Source of the DNA: Podarcis pityusensis | Taxonomy: Eukaryota | Assembly (NCBI GenBank): GCA_964106645.2 | Contig: OZ067043.1 | DNA length: 64,000 nt | Strand: one strand, 5' to 3' | Part shown: positions 26,690 to 40,135 of the stretch, piece by piece | Layout of the letters: every line of letters starts with the position of its first letter | Position numbering within the stretch: the stretch's first letter is position 1 | The notes under the pieces: model-generated | Databases searched by the model: none | Told to the model about the DNA's origin: nothing | What the model saw: only the letters and a program-made list of their open reading frames with translations | Made by a program: the position numbers and the translations under genes

Positions 26690-27250
26690 TTGGACTATTG
26701 TGAAGTTACAGCGTTGTAAATGGGCTGCTTTTGAAAATGGTCAAAAAACTTCAGTTGGTATGGGATGTAGCTGCAAGATGTTTTTATAAACCCATTATAC
26801 TGTACTCCAACATCTTCACTGGTTCCCAGTCTCTTTCAGGCCTAATTCAAAAGTGCTAGCTTGAACTATTAAAGTATGGTTTGACAGTTTTGTATCTGAA
26901 CAATTGCCTCTTCCTTCATGTACCTATCATGCCTTGAGATCATTGGCTGAGGCGCTTCTCTGATTGTCACCACCAAATAAAGGGCCTTTTCAGTAGTGGC
27001 CCCTTGGTTGTGGAAAGACCTTCCCAGACAGGTCAGCCAAACACCTATTTCACATTTGTTTCACCTTGGAACTTTTTAAAACCCTTATTATGCTGTGGTT
27101 TAATAGTATTTTAGACCTGTGGAGTCCCCGTCCCCAACCCCGTGCTTTGCTCTTTATTTTAATTATTTAGTGCTGTGGTGTTTTATTTTTCTGCTCTCTG
27201 TTTTAAGGTAAAATGTCTTGATTTTACATTTCTGGTTTTGAGGCATGATA
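26690..27250 (+). mobile_element. L2 LINE 3' fragment
   Basis: ttggactattgt...gggctgc...aaacttcagttggta (LDYC..GL..KLQLV), cactggttcccagtc (HW.PV), agggccttttcagtagtggcccct (RAFSVVAP). Confidence 0.75.
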
Positions 27251-27369
27251 ATTGTGATTAAAAAAACCAAAAACTTTCACCACCTAGCATACTTACGTTA
27301 TATTACTGAATGGCTAAACAAACAATGATAACTTTGGATTATCAGTATATTGACTTAACATTGATTGAT

Positions 27370-27730
27370 TGATTAACTAACAGGATTTATTTACTACTCG
27401 ATCATCAACACTTTAAAGCAGTTTATGGAAAATATAAAATATTCATAAATCATTGATTAAATCAGAAGTTAAAAACAAGTTAACAAAAAATTCAAAATAT
27501 GAGTAAAAATTTGAAAAATAGACATTATGAAATGTCTTATTAAAATACATGTCTGGGTAGCCCCACTTAAGCACAACAGTTTTTAGCAGTTGCCAAAAAT
27601 AGTACAGCAAAGGCGCTTGCTTCTAATATCGTACTTTGGGCAGGGAGTCCCAAAGTATAAGTGCTACCAGACTGAAGGATCAATTCCTTTCAAGTGCAGA
27701 ATGAACCTTATGTGCAACTTGTACCCAATA
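27370..27730 (-). mobile_element. L2-like LINE 3' end, antisense
   Basis: tttattt tail, aaagcagttta, gggcagggagtcccaaagt...gactgaagg antisense L2 pattern. Confidence 0.55.
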
Positions 27731-28192
27731 TATGAGTGAGCAAGATTGGATTCTGGTGCATTATGGTTCTACTGGTAAAATCAGCATTGGGCATGTTTCA
27801 ACCAAATCATTTTTTCTTACATTGAACCATTAGGTGTTGATTATTATTAGCTCATTTTCACCAGACGTGTTGAGGAATAAATGTCTCTCCTCCATTAAAT
27901 TTATGGGAGAGATTGATATAGCTTGTACAGCTTCATGTTGGGAATGCCTATTAAATTCAAGAATCTAAAAGCGCTAGAGACTTGAGGACCAGTTCACACT
28001 TCTAATTTCCCTGGTATGCAATCAGTTGCAACCTATAATGGAATACCAAAGCAATTGTAACAACTGAGAAAAGTGTGGCATGAGAGTGACTGCTGACAAA
28101 AAGTAGTTGATTCATACATGTGTTGAATCAGCCATGAGAGGGAATGGCAGAGGCTAGAATACTTGATAAGCATGTTTCACGTTTTACACATA

Positions 28193-28433
28193 CAGTGGTA
28201 CCTTGGTTTACAAACTTAATCCGTTCCAGAAGTCCGTTCTTAAACCAAAACCGTTCTTAAACCGAGGCACACTTTCCCTAATGAGGCCTCCCGCCACCAG
28301 TGCCCATCCACCATTCGGCTTCCGTTCTTAGACCGAGGTAAAGTTCGCTAACCAGGACACTACTTCCAGTTTTGCAGAGTTCATAAACCAAATCGTTCGT
28401 AAACAGGGTTGTTCTTAAACTGAGGTCCCACTG
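28193..28433. mobile_element. Tigger/pogo-like MITE, related subfamily
   Basis: TA|cagtggtaccttggtttac...taaactgaggtcccactg|TA; shares ctaatgaggcctcc core with the main family. Confidence 0.88.
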
Positions 28434-28514
28434 TACTCTGATGTCAAGTAACTCAGCTAGATGGACATTGGAGGGCGCCTTTTTATAGTTTCTAATGTGT
28501 CATGAAATTAAGTA

Positions 28515-28750
28515 CAGTGGGACCTCTACTTACGGACGTGATCCATTCTGGGGTGCTGTTTGCACCCCGAAAAGTCGGTAAGTAGAGTGCCGCTTCTGCG
28601 CGTGATGCAATAGAGCGCTCCTGTGCATGCGTGAAGCATGCAGAACACTTCTGTGCGTGCGGCGAAACCCGGAAGTATACACTTCCGGGTTTGCTGTGTT
28701 CGCAACCCAAAATCCACAACATGATCCTAACACAACTAGAGGTATGACTA
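28515..28750. mobile_element. Tigger/pogo-like MITE, third subfamily
   Basis: TA|cagtgggacctctactt...aactagaggtatgacta|TA. Confidence 0.8.
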
Positions 28751-29127
28751 TATGTATTCTGCCTACTCTGGTTCAGGAGCAGCACTTAGCTAACAAATAA
28801 CCCCTCTTTTCAGAGCAGGTTGATACTATTCAGACTGTAGATCACTTGCTGTGATAAGGTACTATGCACATTTTTTCTTAAACAAAAGAGGCTAGAACAA
28901 TTTTTGCTCTATTTGGAAAACAAGGCTATGGGATCAGGAAGGAATCTATATAGGCCAAATAAAAAGGATAAAATTAGAGTAGAGAAGAAAACTGTATTGT
29001 AATGGCTCTCAGAGGAAAGAGCCAACGTTGGTTAGTAAAAAAAAATAATTTATTTTTTTTTAAATCGGCAACTTGCCACACATTTTTTTTAATCCATAGT
29101 TTATTTATCAGAATAGATAAGCAGAGT

Positions 29128-29267
29128 CAGTGCTTTAGCTCAGCTGATAGACCTTGAGACTTACCGGTACTCTCAAGGTTATGGGTTCCAGTCCCACGTT
29201 GGACAAAAAGATTCCTTCATTGCAGAGTGGTGGTCCCTTCCAGCTGTACCATTCTGTGATTCTGTGA
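29128..29267 (+). mobile_element. tRNA-Lys-derived SINE with CR1 tail (Squam2-like)
   Basis: tagctcagctgatag...gggttccagtcccacgttgg head; ggtcccttccagctgtaccattctgtgattctgtga CR1 octamer tail. Confidence 0.75.
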
Positions 29268-31589
29268 CCATTGGGTACTGCTATTCATGCAGGCATATGC
29301 TGATTTTGTAGAGGGTGAACTGAGCCCACAGACAGTCGCAAATTAATTTTAAGAGAGCTTGCACTGTATTAGTAGTATGGCAAGCTGAGGCTTCTCTGGT
29401 CTTGCAAATGTTGACTTTGTAAAGATGGCTGAAAATTGCACACGAGACCAGTAGTAAGGGAGTCTGCCCAGTTTTAGGTTTAGCAGACCTCTGCTAATTT
29501 TCTCTGTTGCATGTTAGAGGATCTGGGATTTAGCCATGCATCGTGACATCATCTGTTTTGCAGACAGTTGTGAGACTTCAGAATAAATAGCAGTCTAATT
29601 CCAGCAGTCTGTGGGTTGGTTTTCTGCTGAGTGGGAACAGAACAAAACCAGCTTTGTGATGGGTTGTTTTTATGTTTCTCCAAGGAGCTGTTGGAAGTCT
29701 AAATTATAGTTTTTCTGATGGCTATTTGAGAAAGGGCAGCTAAAATGGAGGGGTGTTACTGGGAAAACAGTTGTCAGATGGCTACAATAGAGGTTTCCAT
29801 TAGCTGATGAAGCACTTAGAAGTGGGAGGTCTATGGAGTCTGATCAGCATTGATATGGAAAAGGAGAGTGCCTGTCAGAGATCAGTTTTCTAAATGGATG
29901 TTGGGGGAAATGTTTGTCCAGAATCAGGGCTATGTCCTGGAGTGAAGGTTAGAACTGAAGAAGGTTAGACTATTGGAGGGGCAGGGGACCTAGTCACAGA
30001 AAGTAGATTGTGTTGCACTCAGTTGGGTTTATAGCTTGGGTTGGAGGCTGAAACGGAGAGCTAGTAAAACAAATTCAGCATTAAAAAACCCTTAATTTAA
30101 ATATCAAGGTGTCTAGATAACTGCTGCTAGAAAGCTCAAGATACACAATTGTTGTTGTTGAGCTAGGTTCCCAGAAGGTAGGCAGCCAGAAGAGGTCCTT
30201 CAAATACTCTTGCCAGAATCTTAAAGGTTGGTCTAGTTCAAAAAAAAGCAAGCAATTTGATTCTAAGGGTTCATTTTATCTGAAGACTATCCAGTTGGAC
30301 TCCAACTCATTACTAGATGTGGATATGTTTAGCTGTAGTGATTTGTTTGAAGTGCTGTGATATTTGGAAGAAGACCATAATCTTGAAAATGAAATCTTTC
30401 CTGGCCTGCAGTTCGGTGTGTGATTTGTTCCCCTCCAGGGCATTCTTGTTTCTGTTTAGCATTCTGTGAGCCATATTGAGACCTGGGCCTTGTTTAATCA
30501 TTTTGGTTCTGATTGCTTACTTGTATCCATGGGTCGCATCTTGAATTCAGTGTTTTGCATTACAAATCCGCTCTCAGGAGATGGGCAGAATATATGGCTC
30601 CATCTGCCATGTCTCATTTTAGCTTTTTTAAATGTGTTCCCATTAACAGGTGAAATACTCAGCCCGCAGAGAATTAGGCTCATGTCTCGGTATACAATTG
30701 AAGATGAATGCTGTCCATGCATTCATCTTCAATTCTGCAGCTTGATGATGAGGTGGTTGTAACAAAATATTCAAAAGTGTTAACCTGTTATTTATGCTGT
30801 TGAGATCATAGGTTTCAGTCATGTGATCAGCTTGTGGTTTTTTTAAACCCTGATCTGTTTACTTCCTTATTCTGCCTATGCACCAAATTCTAAATTCCAC
30901 AGAAAATGCAAGAAAAGCAGATTACTCAAAAGAATATAATTTACGCTCTTTTGATCTTTGGAATTGGCTAGAAATGCCTTAGAAATGAAGATTTCTCCTT
31001 ATTACTATAGACTTTAGAAGTTTAAAAAAATGCTATACTGAAGGTGCTATTAATGATTGTGACGCTGGTATTAGGATTTATATAGATTATCATTTATATT
31101 AAACCATAATTTGGTATCGCTCAGCAGTTTTCGTGATAGAATTATTTTTAGTGATTAAAATACATCTTTTCCGTGTCACATTTAATTCCTTAACCAGCTA
31201 GTTAACACCTTTGTTTAAGATATTCTGCTTCAGCATGTGACACTGCTTGGATTTTATTTTATTTTATTTTATTTTTTAAGCTGAGAAGATGAACATTTTA
31301 TCTGTTTGAAGGGCTAAAAGTAGATTGGAGAAAAATGATCATTTTTATTTTTTATCTAGTAACCCTCCTAAAAGATAAAATAACTGTTGCTGTAGCAAGA
31401 AATTGCTTCTTTCAGAAGTGGCTATGCTGAGCTGTTTTTTATGCAGTCCATTTCGTAGTGAAAATGCTGATTTGATATCCAATTAATTATCTCAAATTAT
31501 TTCTATCCTATGTTGATATTTTAGAGGGGAAGCCAAGGAAGAACATTATCACTTGCTGATGCTGAGCAAACTAGCCCACTTCACAGAGT

Positions 31590-32230
31590 GTAATAACTGC
31601 AGTCAGATGGTCATCCATATTTGTGACGCCAAAGCTGAGCACCATGGCCATGCAATCATCTCTCACCCATCCCCTCCTCCCATTGCACACCAGCTTCAGT
31701 ATGGAGATCCTGACTTGCATTACAACTAGAGGTTTCTGTTTTGTCCGAATGGGAAAACTCTACCTTAATGTTGGTTAACCAACTTGGATAATAAGGCAGA
31801 ATTTCATCCTGGATTTTAAGAATAATAAGCCAGGACCTCTCTGCCTGTTTTTGGCATGCAGTAGGAGAAGGAGAGACGTGGCCATAGTACTCGACCATGA
31901 TTTCATCAATGTCCAAGTGAAGCTTCTGTGTTCCTGTAAGCTTTTCTTTTTCTTTTTACCAATTTTAAGTCGTTGGGAATAGCACTGTAGTGTTCTGGGC
32001 TGGAAAGAGTATTGGTAGGCAACTTTGCTCTGCCAGCAGCAGCAGTTTCTTAGTCTCTGGACCTTTAAAATCAAACAAGTAGAAACTTTGGCTCTTTAGA
32101 TCAGCCTTTTAGCTCTTTTCTCACTCCAGCCTATCCTTGTAACTACCCATTCAAGAGAAGCGGAAGACAGAGTGTGGTGACATTTTTTTCCTTGTTGGTT
32201 CTCCTTCAAGTTTAAGAAAGACCAACACAT
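31590..32230 (-). mobile_element. Probable DIRS gag-end/RT N-terminal fossil
   Basis: Minus-strand peptides QRLRNCCCWQ, YSFQP, HLDIDEI, MPK, MDDHL occur in the order expected for DIRS RT motifs; heavily decayed. Confidence 0.45.
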
Positions 32231-35200
32231 TAATTCCCTACTAGCTGAAAAGAGTACCAGGCACTACACTGCCCCAGGAATATGATGTGGATGGGTGAGG
32301 AAATGAAGTGGACTTAGTGGTTTAGTGATGAGGTGGGTATAATGTCATGAAGTAATTGCAAGGATGAGTTAGCTCTAATACATTCTAGAATACGCAAATA
32401 TTTCAGTGTGACTGCTAAAACGTTTATTTTAACCTTACATTCCATATTGTTTTTCATGGCATAAAATGCCCTAGAATATACTGGCTATGGGGCATCTCTT
32501 GCTCAGATCTGCTCTGCTTTCCTCTCCCCCCGCTTTGGAATCAAAGAAGATTAATTCCCAACCTCCACCTTCCATTTTCAACAGCCCACTTAATCCCTGT
32601 TCAGTTCTTCTTTTCTCTGTATTACCACATGCTCACTCATTCATGGTTTGCTTAGCATTGCATGCAACTGTGCTTTGGGGACAACATCATGGCAGACATG
32701 AAGTCCTGAGTAGACTCTGGCACTGCTGACTTCTTATGGGCACTGAGGTCCCTCAGGACAGTCAGTCTAGGCACTGTTGGCACCAAAACTGAGATAATCT
32801 CCATCAGATCAAGCTGGGAAACTGTTCGGCATCTGGATGGTCAGCACACTAAGAGCAGATCCACTTTGTCTCTCTTGAACTCCTGTGACAGAGATTTAAA
32901 GCAGCAGAGATGGTAGCTGTCTTTCCTGCTCATATGATGCATTTGTTCATATAGTATGAGGCTTGTAGTGGCCCTCAGGGGATCAACCCCCTATGGAAAT
33001 AGCTGCAGATTGCTATAAACCAGATGTCTGGGTCATTTGGAGTTGGGTAGGTCTCCATATCTATCTGGAATTAAACATTATGCTGCTGCTTACAACCCTA
33101 ATCCTCCTGCATGTTTCTGGACAACTTGCTTTACAGTTTTGGTAGAATCCATTCAGTGTCTCTTTTCTTGCTTAAATTTTACTCACACAAGTACTGTCCT
33201 GTACAGCAGGATCACAACTTAAATTGATTTTACTTACACGATCATAGATTTACATGGATTACACACAAAAAAGAAAAAAGCTTAACAGGCCCTGGAGGCT
33301 CTTGCCAGATCCCCATAATCCTCTAGCGTCCTTGCGAGACTGTTCCAGAGCCCAGTAAGCAAAGTGGCGGGCTTTAAAGCTCTTTTTGTGCAGGAAAACC
33401 CTTCGTGGAAATAGCTTTATGCCCTCTGCCTTTCGTACCAGCCTCTGGGAGGCTCTCGCAAGAACATGGACGGTAGGGGCAGTTCCAGGGGTTGTTATGA
33501 CTTTGCCTTTATGCACACACCCCAGGAACATAGCCCTCTTGTAAGTTGTAGTCTCACTGTACTTAAAGAGCTACAGCTGTCCCTACTGAAATTTCAAATG
33601 CTTCTGAAATGTGTTATGTATTGTTATGATTCATTGTTGATAAAACATGGTCTGATCCCACAGGCTGTATTACAAGCACAGCAACTGTAATAGGGATAGG
33701 TGGGGGTAAGATCTCCCCATAGGTTCTGTGGCACAATGTGCCACTTTGTCTTAGGGCAGGAGCAAACTCTAGCACTGAAGTTGCTTTAGCCACTGCACTG
33801 TTATGAGATGCATATATGTAAATGAGAGATGGTGGAGGTTGTATGATCAAGCAGTTCCACTTTTGGTGCTATAGAGGGAGAGAGGATATGGTAACAATCT
33901 CAAGGTATGCTCATCTGTGAAAACTTGAATGTTCCTGTGAAAGTATTGTCATGTTTCTGGCAGCAATCCTTCTTCATGTGAACTGTGTCAGAGCAGGCCA
34001 CCGACATGAATATTGCCAGGACTGCGCCAAACTGCATGTTAATAAGTATTTATGAAAGTGCTTGAAGAGTCTGATTGACCTATGGCCAGAAGCAGGTTTT
34101 GTAAACAAATGTTTACAAAACATAATCTCATGCCATTTTTATTCCTGCACACCCCCCCCCCCCACACCCATGCTTATTGCTTGCAAAGTATCAATGCTTC
34201 AGTGCTTCAGAATTTTAGTATAGAGTATGGAGGTCACACTGGAAAAGCTAGCAACCAGCTATGATTTATTCCAGTGACAGTTTACACAGAATTCAGCCTG
34301 GCATCCATCTTGGAGAGACAGGATTCACACTACAGGAGCGTGCTCAGTCTTGCTTCCCATACATACACTTACAATAGGATTAACCCTCTCTCTGCCTCCT
34401 CCAGTGCCCCCACCCACAATACAGTTATGTATGTATATGGCTTGAAATACTTTATAAGGCTGTGGTTAATGGGGACACTTCACTCATCAGGTTCAACAGA
34501 AATGAATATGTGCTTGGAGTTTCAATCTTACAGCATTCTGTAGGGTGGGGTGCATTCCTGATGCAAACAAGACTCTTCCAAGAAATGGGATGCAGATTTT
34601 TATATAGATGCCTGATGTTAAAATAGATAGAATGAATTCTGTTACCATTTGTATTCTTAAAAATGCATTTCTGAGATTGTAGAAGATGAGATGCAAAGTG
34701 CTACAATTTTATGGTGTTAGATGAGAGATGCTTTTGCTTCAGTATTTCTGTAAATTCTAATGTTAAAAACCTGCTGCTGTTTTTTTTCTTTTACTTATTG
34801 CTAAGACTGCTTTGCAGTCCCTTACCTAGGAAAAGCATTCTGTATGTCTTAATGTTTTTATTTTGAATCAGAGCCACTTTAAATTTATGGCCTTAAGTGA
34901 CCATTCTGAACACAGTGACTCTGTCCTGGTTACCTCAACATGCCACTTAGCATTCAGGCAGATAATCAGTATCATAATTATGCAATTAGACAATAGTCTG
35001 AGTCATATTTTGAAAGAATATTATAACTAACAGAGGTATTGCTGTGCTATGTAGTCTTGGTGTGGTTTCTTAAGCAGTTTTAGAGTAACTTCCATTTCTT
35101 TGAGAGGTTTAACCTTAAGCTGTGCCTAGATTCAAGTCAACAGGGTATCTTCTGACCTTACCTAGGAGAAAGGTCTTCTGGCTTTCTTCCACATTATTAT

Positions 35201-35301
35201 ATACTACAGTTGATTCATTCAAAGGAAGTACAATTTTAGAGGAGTCTTGTTGAATTCTGACCCATTTCTGTTGTTTGGAGTCTTGCATGCCTTCTCAAAA
35301 T

Positions 35302-35356
35302 ACAGAATCATAGAATGGTACAGTTGGAAGGGATCCTGAGGGTCATCTAGTCCAGC
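35302..35356 (-). mobile_element. CR1 or CR1-tailed SINE 3' end
   Basis: acagaatcatagaatggtacagttggaagggatcctgagggtcatctagtcca. Confidence 0.8.
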
Positions 35357-36086
35357 TGTCTTTTCATAGAAAGCCCATGCTTCTCAATGAACTAAGCTTT
35401 CTAAATTTGCTCTCTTAGTGTGGCTGCTAAACTGCCACACTTCCTTTAGTCATGAATGGATCCGAGAACCATTTCTGTGGGTGTATTTGAGATAGTGGGT
35501 GATGGTTGTGGTCAACTGCAGCATAGTAATGTGGCTGTGGGCTTCAAAAGCAATGATCTTCCTGTAGGCTTGGATTGATGAATATGGGTGAGCTATGCTG
35601 CATTAGCTGAATGAATGGTATGTCATCCAACTCCTAACTTTGTAAATGATGGGTGAAAAGCGTTAGCTAATGCCTTTTTAATAATTAATAGGTGTGTACA
35701 GGCATATCTTAAAGCCATTTTCATTTCATATGTTATGATAGAGCTTTGATTAATTACTCTTCCTTGCTAAGTTGTAATAGAATAGTCTGTGAAGAAACAC
35801 TATACTTTTCATTGACCAGCTAATAATGGATCAGTTTAGAGGCAGTTGGCTGTACTTCAGGCTTATTTATTGTGTATAGTGGCATGTACATTAATGTTCG
35901 AGTAATAGAAGCTGCTGCCTGTTTTGATGGACTGCTGTCCCCTGCTCTTCCTATATTATGTATATTATGGGATTGGGCAAAGGAGTTACTTGTGTGCTGA
36001 TATTGCATTCATAACTCCATTGGGAAACATGTTGCCGTATGGGTGCCCTGAAATGCCAATCTTTTTGTTACTGCATCCTAACACTA

Positions 36087-36087
<1 letters not shown>

Positions 36088-36119
<32 letters not shown>
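36088..36119. repeat. (CA)n microsatellite
   Basis: Perfect dinucleotide run. Confidence 0.95.
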
Positions 36120-36122
<3 letters not shown>

Positions 36123-36176
36123 CACACATGAATGAATGCACATTCCTTTTACCATTTGAAGTAAAAAGGTTTTGTC

Positions 36177-36264
36177 TGCACACGAAAGCTCATACCAATA
36201 CTGGAAGGAATTTTTTTATTTTGTTTTGACTACGGCAGACCAACACGGCTACCTACCTGTAACT
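36177..36264 (+). mobile_element. Penelope-like element pseudo-LTR fragment
   Basis: tgcacacgaaagctcatacc...ttttgactacggcagaccaacacggctacctacctgtaact, a recognisable squamate Penelope terminal motif. Confidence 0.7.
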
Positions 36265-39200
36265 AGAGTTGGGAACCATTAGCGAATGGCAGAACCTCTT
36301 GCATTTCCTGTAGCCCACTGAATTCAAGTGCAGGAAAAATCAGATATGCAAAGCTTATACTTACTCTACTGAATAAAACTTTGTGAATGCAATATTTCAG
36401 GTTAATATCCTACTCTTGTTTGTATACTTAGTTCTTAATGTTGGTTTTTATAATTTGCTTTGGGGCACTTTTGTTGAAAAAGCTACTAATATAATAAATA
36501 ATAGCAACTTGAGATGGGACCAAAATCTGCAAGGGGTTCCTGTCACAGAGTGACCCTACAAGCTGCTTATTCTTGGAACCTGCCCAGACTCAATTTTGAC
36601 AAAAGGTTAGCTAGTTTTTATGGCTATCTGAGAAAAATCAAGGTCTTTAAAAACAACAACACATATTTAGGGAAGCAGAACATAAACTTGCATATACAAA
36701 AGGAACATAAAATGGCATTCCAGCTGATATTACTATTTCATCCAGAAATCAGGGTCTTTGTAGTACTTAGCATTACACATAATATATAAATTTAAGTAGA
36801 TAATTCTTAGAAAATACAAGTTTTCTCTCTGGGAAAGCTTTCCCATAGAAAACATTTTTTGATTAAACAAGATAAATCTTGACTTGGTAAGTCATATAAA
36901 TACTACCATTACTAAGGAAGGAAACTCCTTCAATTAGAGGAACTGAAGTCCCTTATGTTAGCAGGAGTGATCTCTGGAATCTCTTTGAAGTTCCCATTAT
37001 AATAAAGAATCTGTTAATACATGGATTAAATAGTGAAGGAGATGTGGAATCGAGAATTTGAATTGACCGCTTAAGAATCTTATCAGCACAATTAGCTAAT
37101 GTTGCCCTGAAGCTGATTTGGGGATTATAGTGAGACTCCAAGGCAAAAGCAAAAATCAAAGCTAACTGCTTCTGTGTACACTCAGGAACGAACAACAACA
37201 GGAACAGAGGTAGCTTAGTCTTCAACTACATAACTTCCACTCAAAATGGCTGTAAACTTCCACCTTACCTTTGGTAAGGTCAGCAGTCATTGATGTCAAT
37301 TTGTTGTGTTTTATGGGTTTGGATTGGCCTTGGCCTTGAATTGTGGTTTGAATGTTGTTTTGTTTTGTTGTTTTGATGTAAACAATAGGTTGCAAACTGC
37401 CCTGGAATTTTATCTAATGAAGGATGATTTTGAAATTGAAATGAATAATTAGTAGTAGTAGTAATAAATCATATCTAGGCAGCAGCAGATAACATAGATT
37501 ATGTAGTTGCACTGTCTTCTGATTTGTTCCCAAACATAATTCAAAATACTAGTCAATTTTATCTATATTTCTCAAGTACCTACAAGCTCACAACTTGCAG
37601 TGAAATAATGAAATAGTATTTAGAGGAGAAAGTAGTCATAAAGGATATTCACTATGGATATTTTAAAAACATCATAATGATCAAACTCAGGCCAGTCAAC
37701 CCACTCAACTCCTTTTTGATATTAACGAACCAATATTCGTGAATATTGATATTCATGACCAATGCTCAAGAATAATGAGAGTTCTGCGTTCCTGGTGTAA
37801 AACCATAGCATTGTCTCACCTTCCCTTTTCTAAGAAGCCTTACTGTCCGTCTTCTGTGAGCAGCAAGATCCTCTCGTGATACCATTCAGGCTGGTGTAGG
37901 TCCTGAGCAGCCTGCAAATATATCTTGCTTATTTGCAGAATAGTTACTTTCTTTTACATTCTGCCTTGCTGCATTTAAATATGTAACATGCCTGTACCCG
38001 TTTAACTAAAAGCACATATATTCCCCAGACAATATATAATGGCAGGAGAAGGTGCCAGTGAATCTTAAATCAGCACCTTGTAAATGGACAGCCTGTCCAA
38101 TTCTGCAGGTCATATAAGAGAGAATGGCATGTATTTTATATATTAATTTTTTGCAGATATTAACATCAAATCTGTGTTCTGTATTTGTCTACAGAGTCAT
38201 TCAGAAATGGAGTGAAGTAATGGGATGCAGTACCTATTTCATCTATTAAGAGTTCCTGGGGGTGGAAAGCAATAAAGTAATGCAGTAAAAAATGTCCCAA
38301 TTGTCCCTGCTATAAAATGCTGTTGGGCCTTCTGGCAGAATGTCGTGAGCAACGAATGGGGCTGCCCAGCTGTCAGCAGTCATTTAGTAATGAAATACCG
38401 CAGATTCATTCAGCAATTCGCTTCCTCTCTTTCCTCAGTGCTTTGCTGCTATAGTCACCAAAGAGAAGATTCTGTGAAATCAATTAGCCAAGCTACCTGT
38501 TTCATGCTGGGTAGAATTAGTTGCAGGGAAAAATCTCAGTTTCCTTCAGCATTAGGTGAATTGTGAGACCAATTAGTTGCTTTAAACTACCAATACTTTT
38601 TTTGGTGTGTGTGTGAAATCAGCCACACTAATTTGGCATGCAGACATCACTAACATCCCTAGCAATGCATTGACTCCTTGACTTAAAGTTAGCCATTCAA
38701 AATCTCATCTGGCCCAGTTTTCTGTAGGTTACTATTTATAGTTGTGTTTCGAAAAGACTTGACATCTAATGGTGTTTAAAAAGTGTACTTAATACTTAAT
38801 GTGTTAGCTTTGCTTCCATTGAAGATGCTCTGACTAATCACTGTGTTCAGTACTTAAATTTCTGTGGTACATGCATGTTCTCAACAAATTTTGGTATTAA
38901 TGAGTTATGATGCTAGCTGGATTTTTACACGTGTGTGTGCGCGCGCGCACGCTGTGTTTTTATCCTTGCAGTCCAGCAACTTAGCATAAAACGGTTCAGA
39001 AGATTTTCTCCTGCCGTTTAAGATTCTCAAAGCTGCATAAATAAGCCCAGGCCTCTAATAAACAAAAGCCTAAAGAGCTGGTTTGCTGTCTTCTCTGCAG
39101 TTGCCTAAAGCTTTCATCTGTCCAGAAAAATGCATCAAACAATAGGCATTATTAATGGAGAACCATTTTTTGGGTAACATTTCCTTTAAAAATCACTTTC

Positions 39201-39599
39201 AGTTGTGCTCTTCTGGCAATTAGCAGCTTAAACTCTGCTAAAATGTACTTTATAAATTGGCGATTCATGCCATAAATTTTCATAGTCCCTAGATGCAGGA
39301 ATCTTGTTGCACTAGTGTTTAACTAGGAGTGTTTGAAGGTAATAGTTTAATAAATATTTCAAAACTGTGTGCCATAGCAGAATTATTACCCTTCTTGCCC
39401 ATGAAGTCTGAATTTTTAATAGTAAAAATGGCAAATTACCCAACCAGAATGTTTGGAGGTCTGTCGGCCCTTTTTATGGACGTTTCAAAGCTAGATAAGA
39501 CTTGTATTCTAATTCTAATCCAGATACAATGGTGTTCCAAAGCTTGCGCACCACCCCCAATCTCTGGTGAGTGATGCACAAGATTCCAGAGAGTTCCAG

Positions 39600-40135
39600 G
39601 TGCTCACCCAGGGTCATGTTTCTGTTGAGAACCAAGGTGGGGCAGAGTCTGTAGTGTTGTTAAGAAATACGGTTTAATTACACATATTTACACCTGCGTT
39701 CAGATTACACATATTACACATATTTACACCTGTGTTTAGATGAAAGGGGTGCAGATCTTACAGCACCGCCATCTCAAGAGCATCTTGTTCTCCATAGCAG
39801 CCCAGCATTGCAGACAGAGGTAGCCTAAGCACCATCGCTTGGTTGCTGCTTCCCAGCCAGCGCTAATGGCTACTGCCCTTCAGCCCCCACCTTTTCCCCA
39901 GAAACCTGCTCCAAGCAACTCCTCCCGATCTGTCTGCTATTCGAAACCTAGATTTTATTTAAGGCATGATCCTCCTCCCCCCCCCCCCCCCGTGAGCACA
40001 GCCTCATAATCTGGCAGCCTCCCCTTACCTTGTCTGATGTTGAATTTTTGTCAGGGTAAAACCCTGCTTTGTTCCTGGGTGGCACCTCTCTAAGCCCAGT
40101 TGCTAAGGAAGCTGGCTTGACTTCAAACCCCATGT
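39600..40135 (-). mobile_element. Possible LTR-like repeat with internal tandem duplication
   Basis: attacacatatttacacctg duplicated at 39677-39739; pyrimidine-rich body; termini not resolved. Confidence 0.3.

Noticed and set aside
31860-31925. LDIDEIMVEYYGH resembling the piggyBac transposase IDE.M..Y.G motif
   Set aside because: There is no other piggyBac motif or TTAA/TIR nearby. Flanking minus-strand peptides fit DIRS RT order better. A profile search would settle it.
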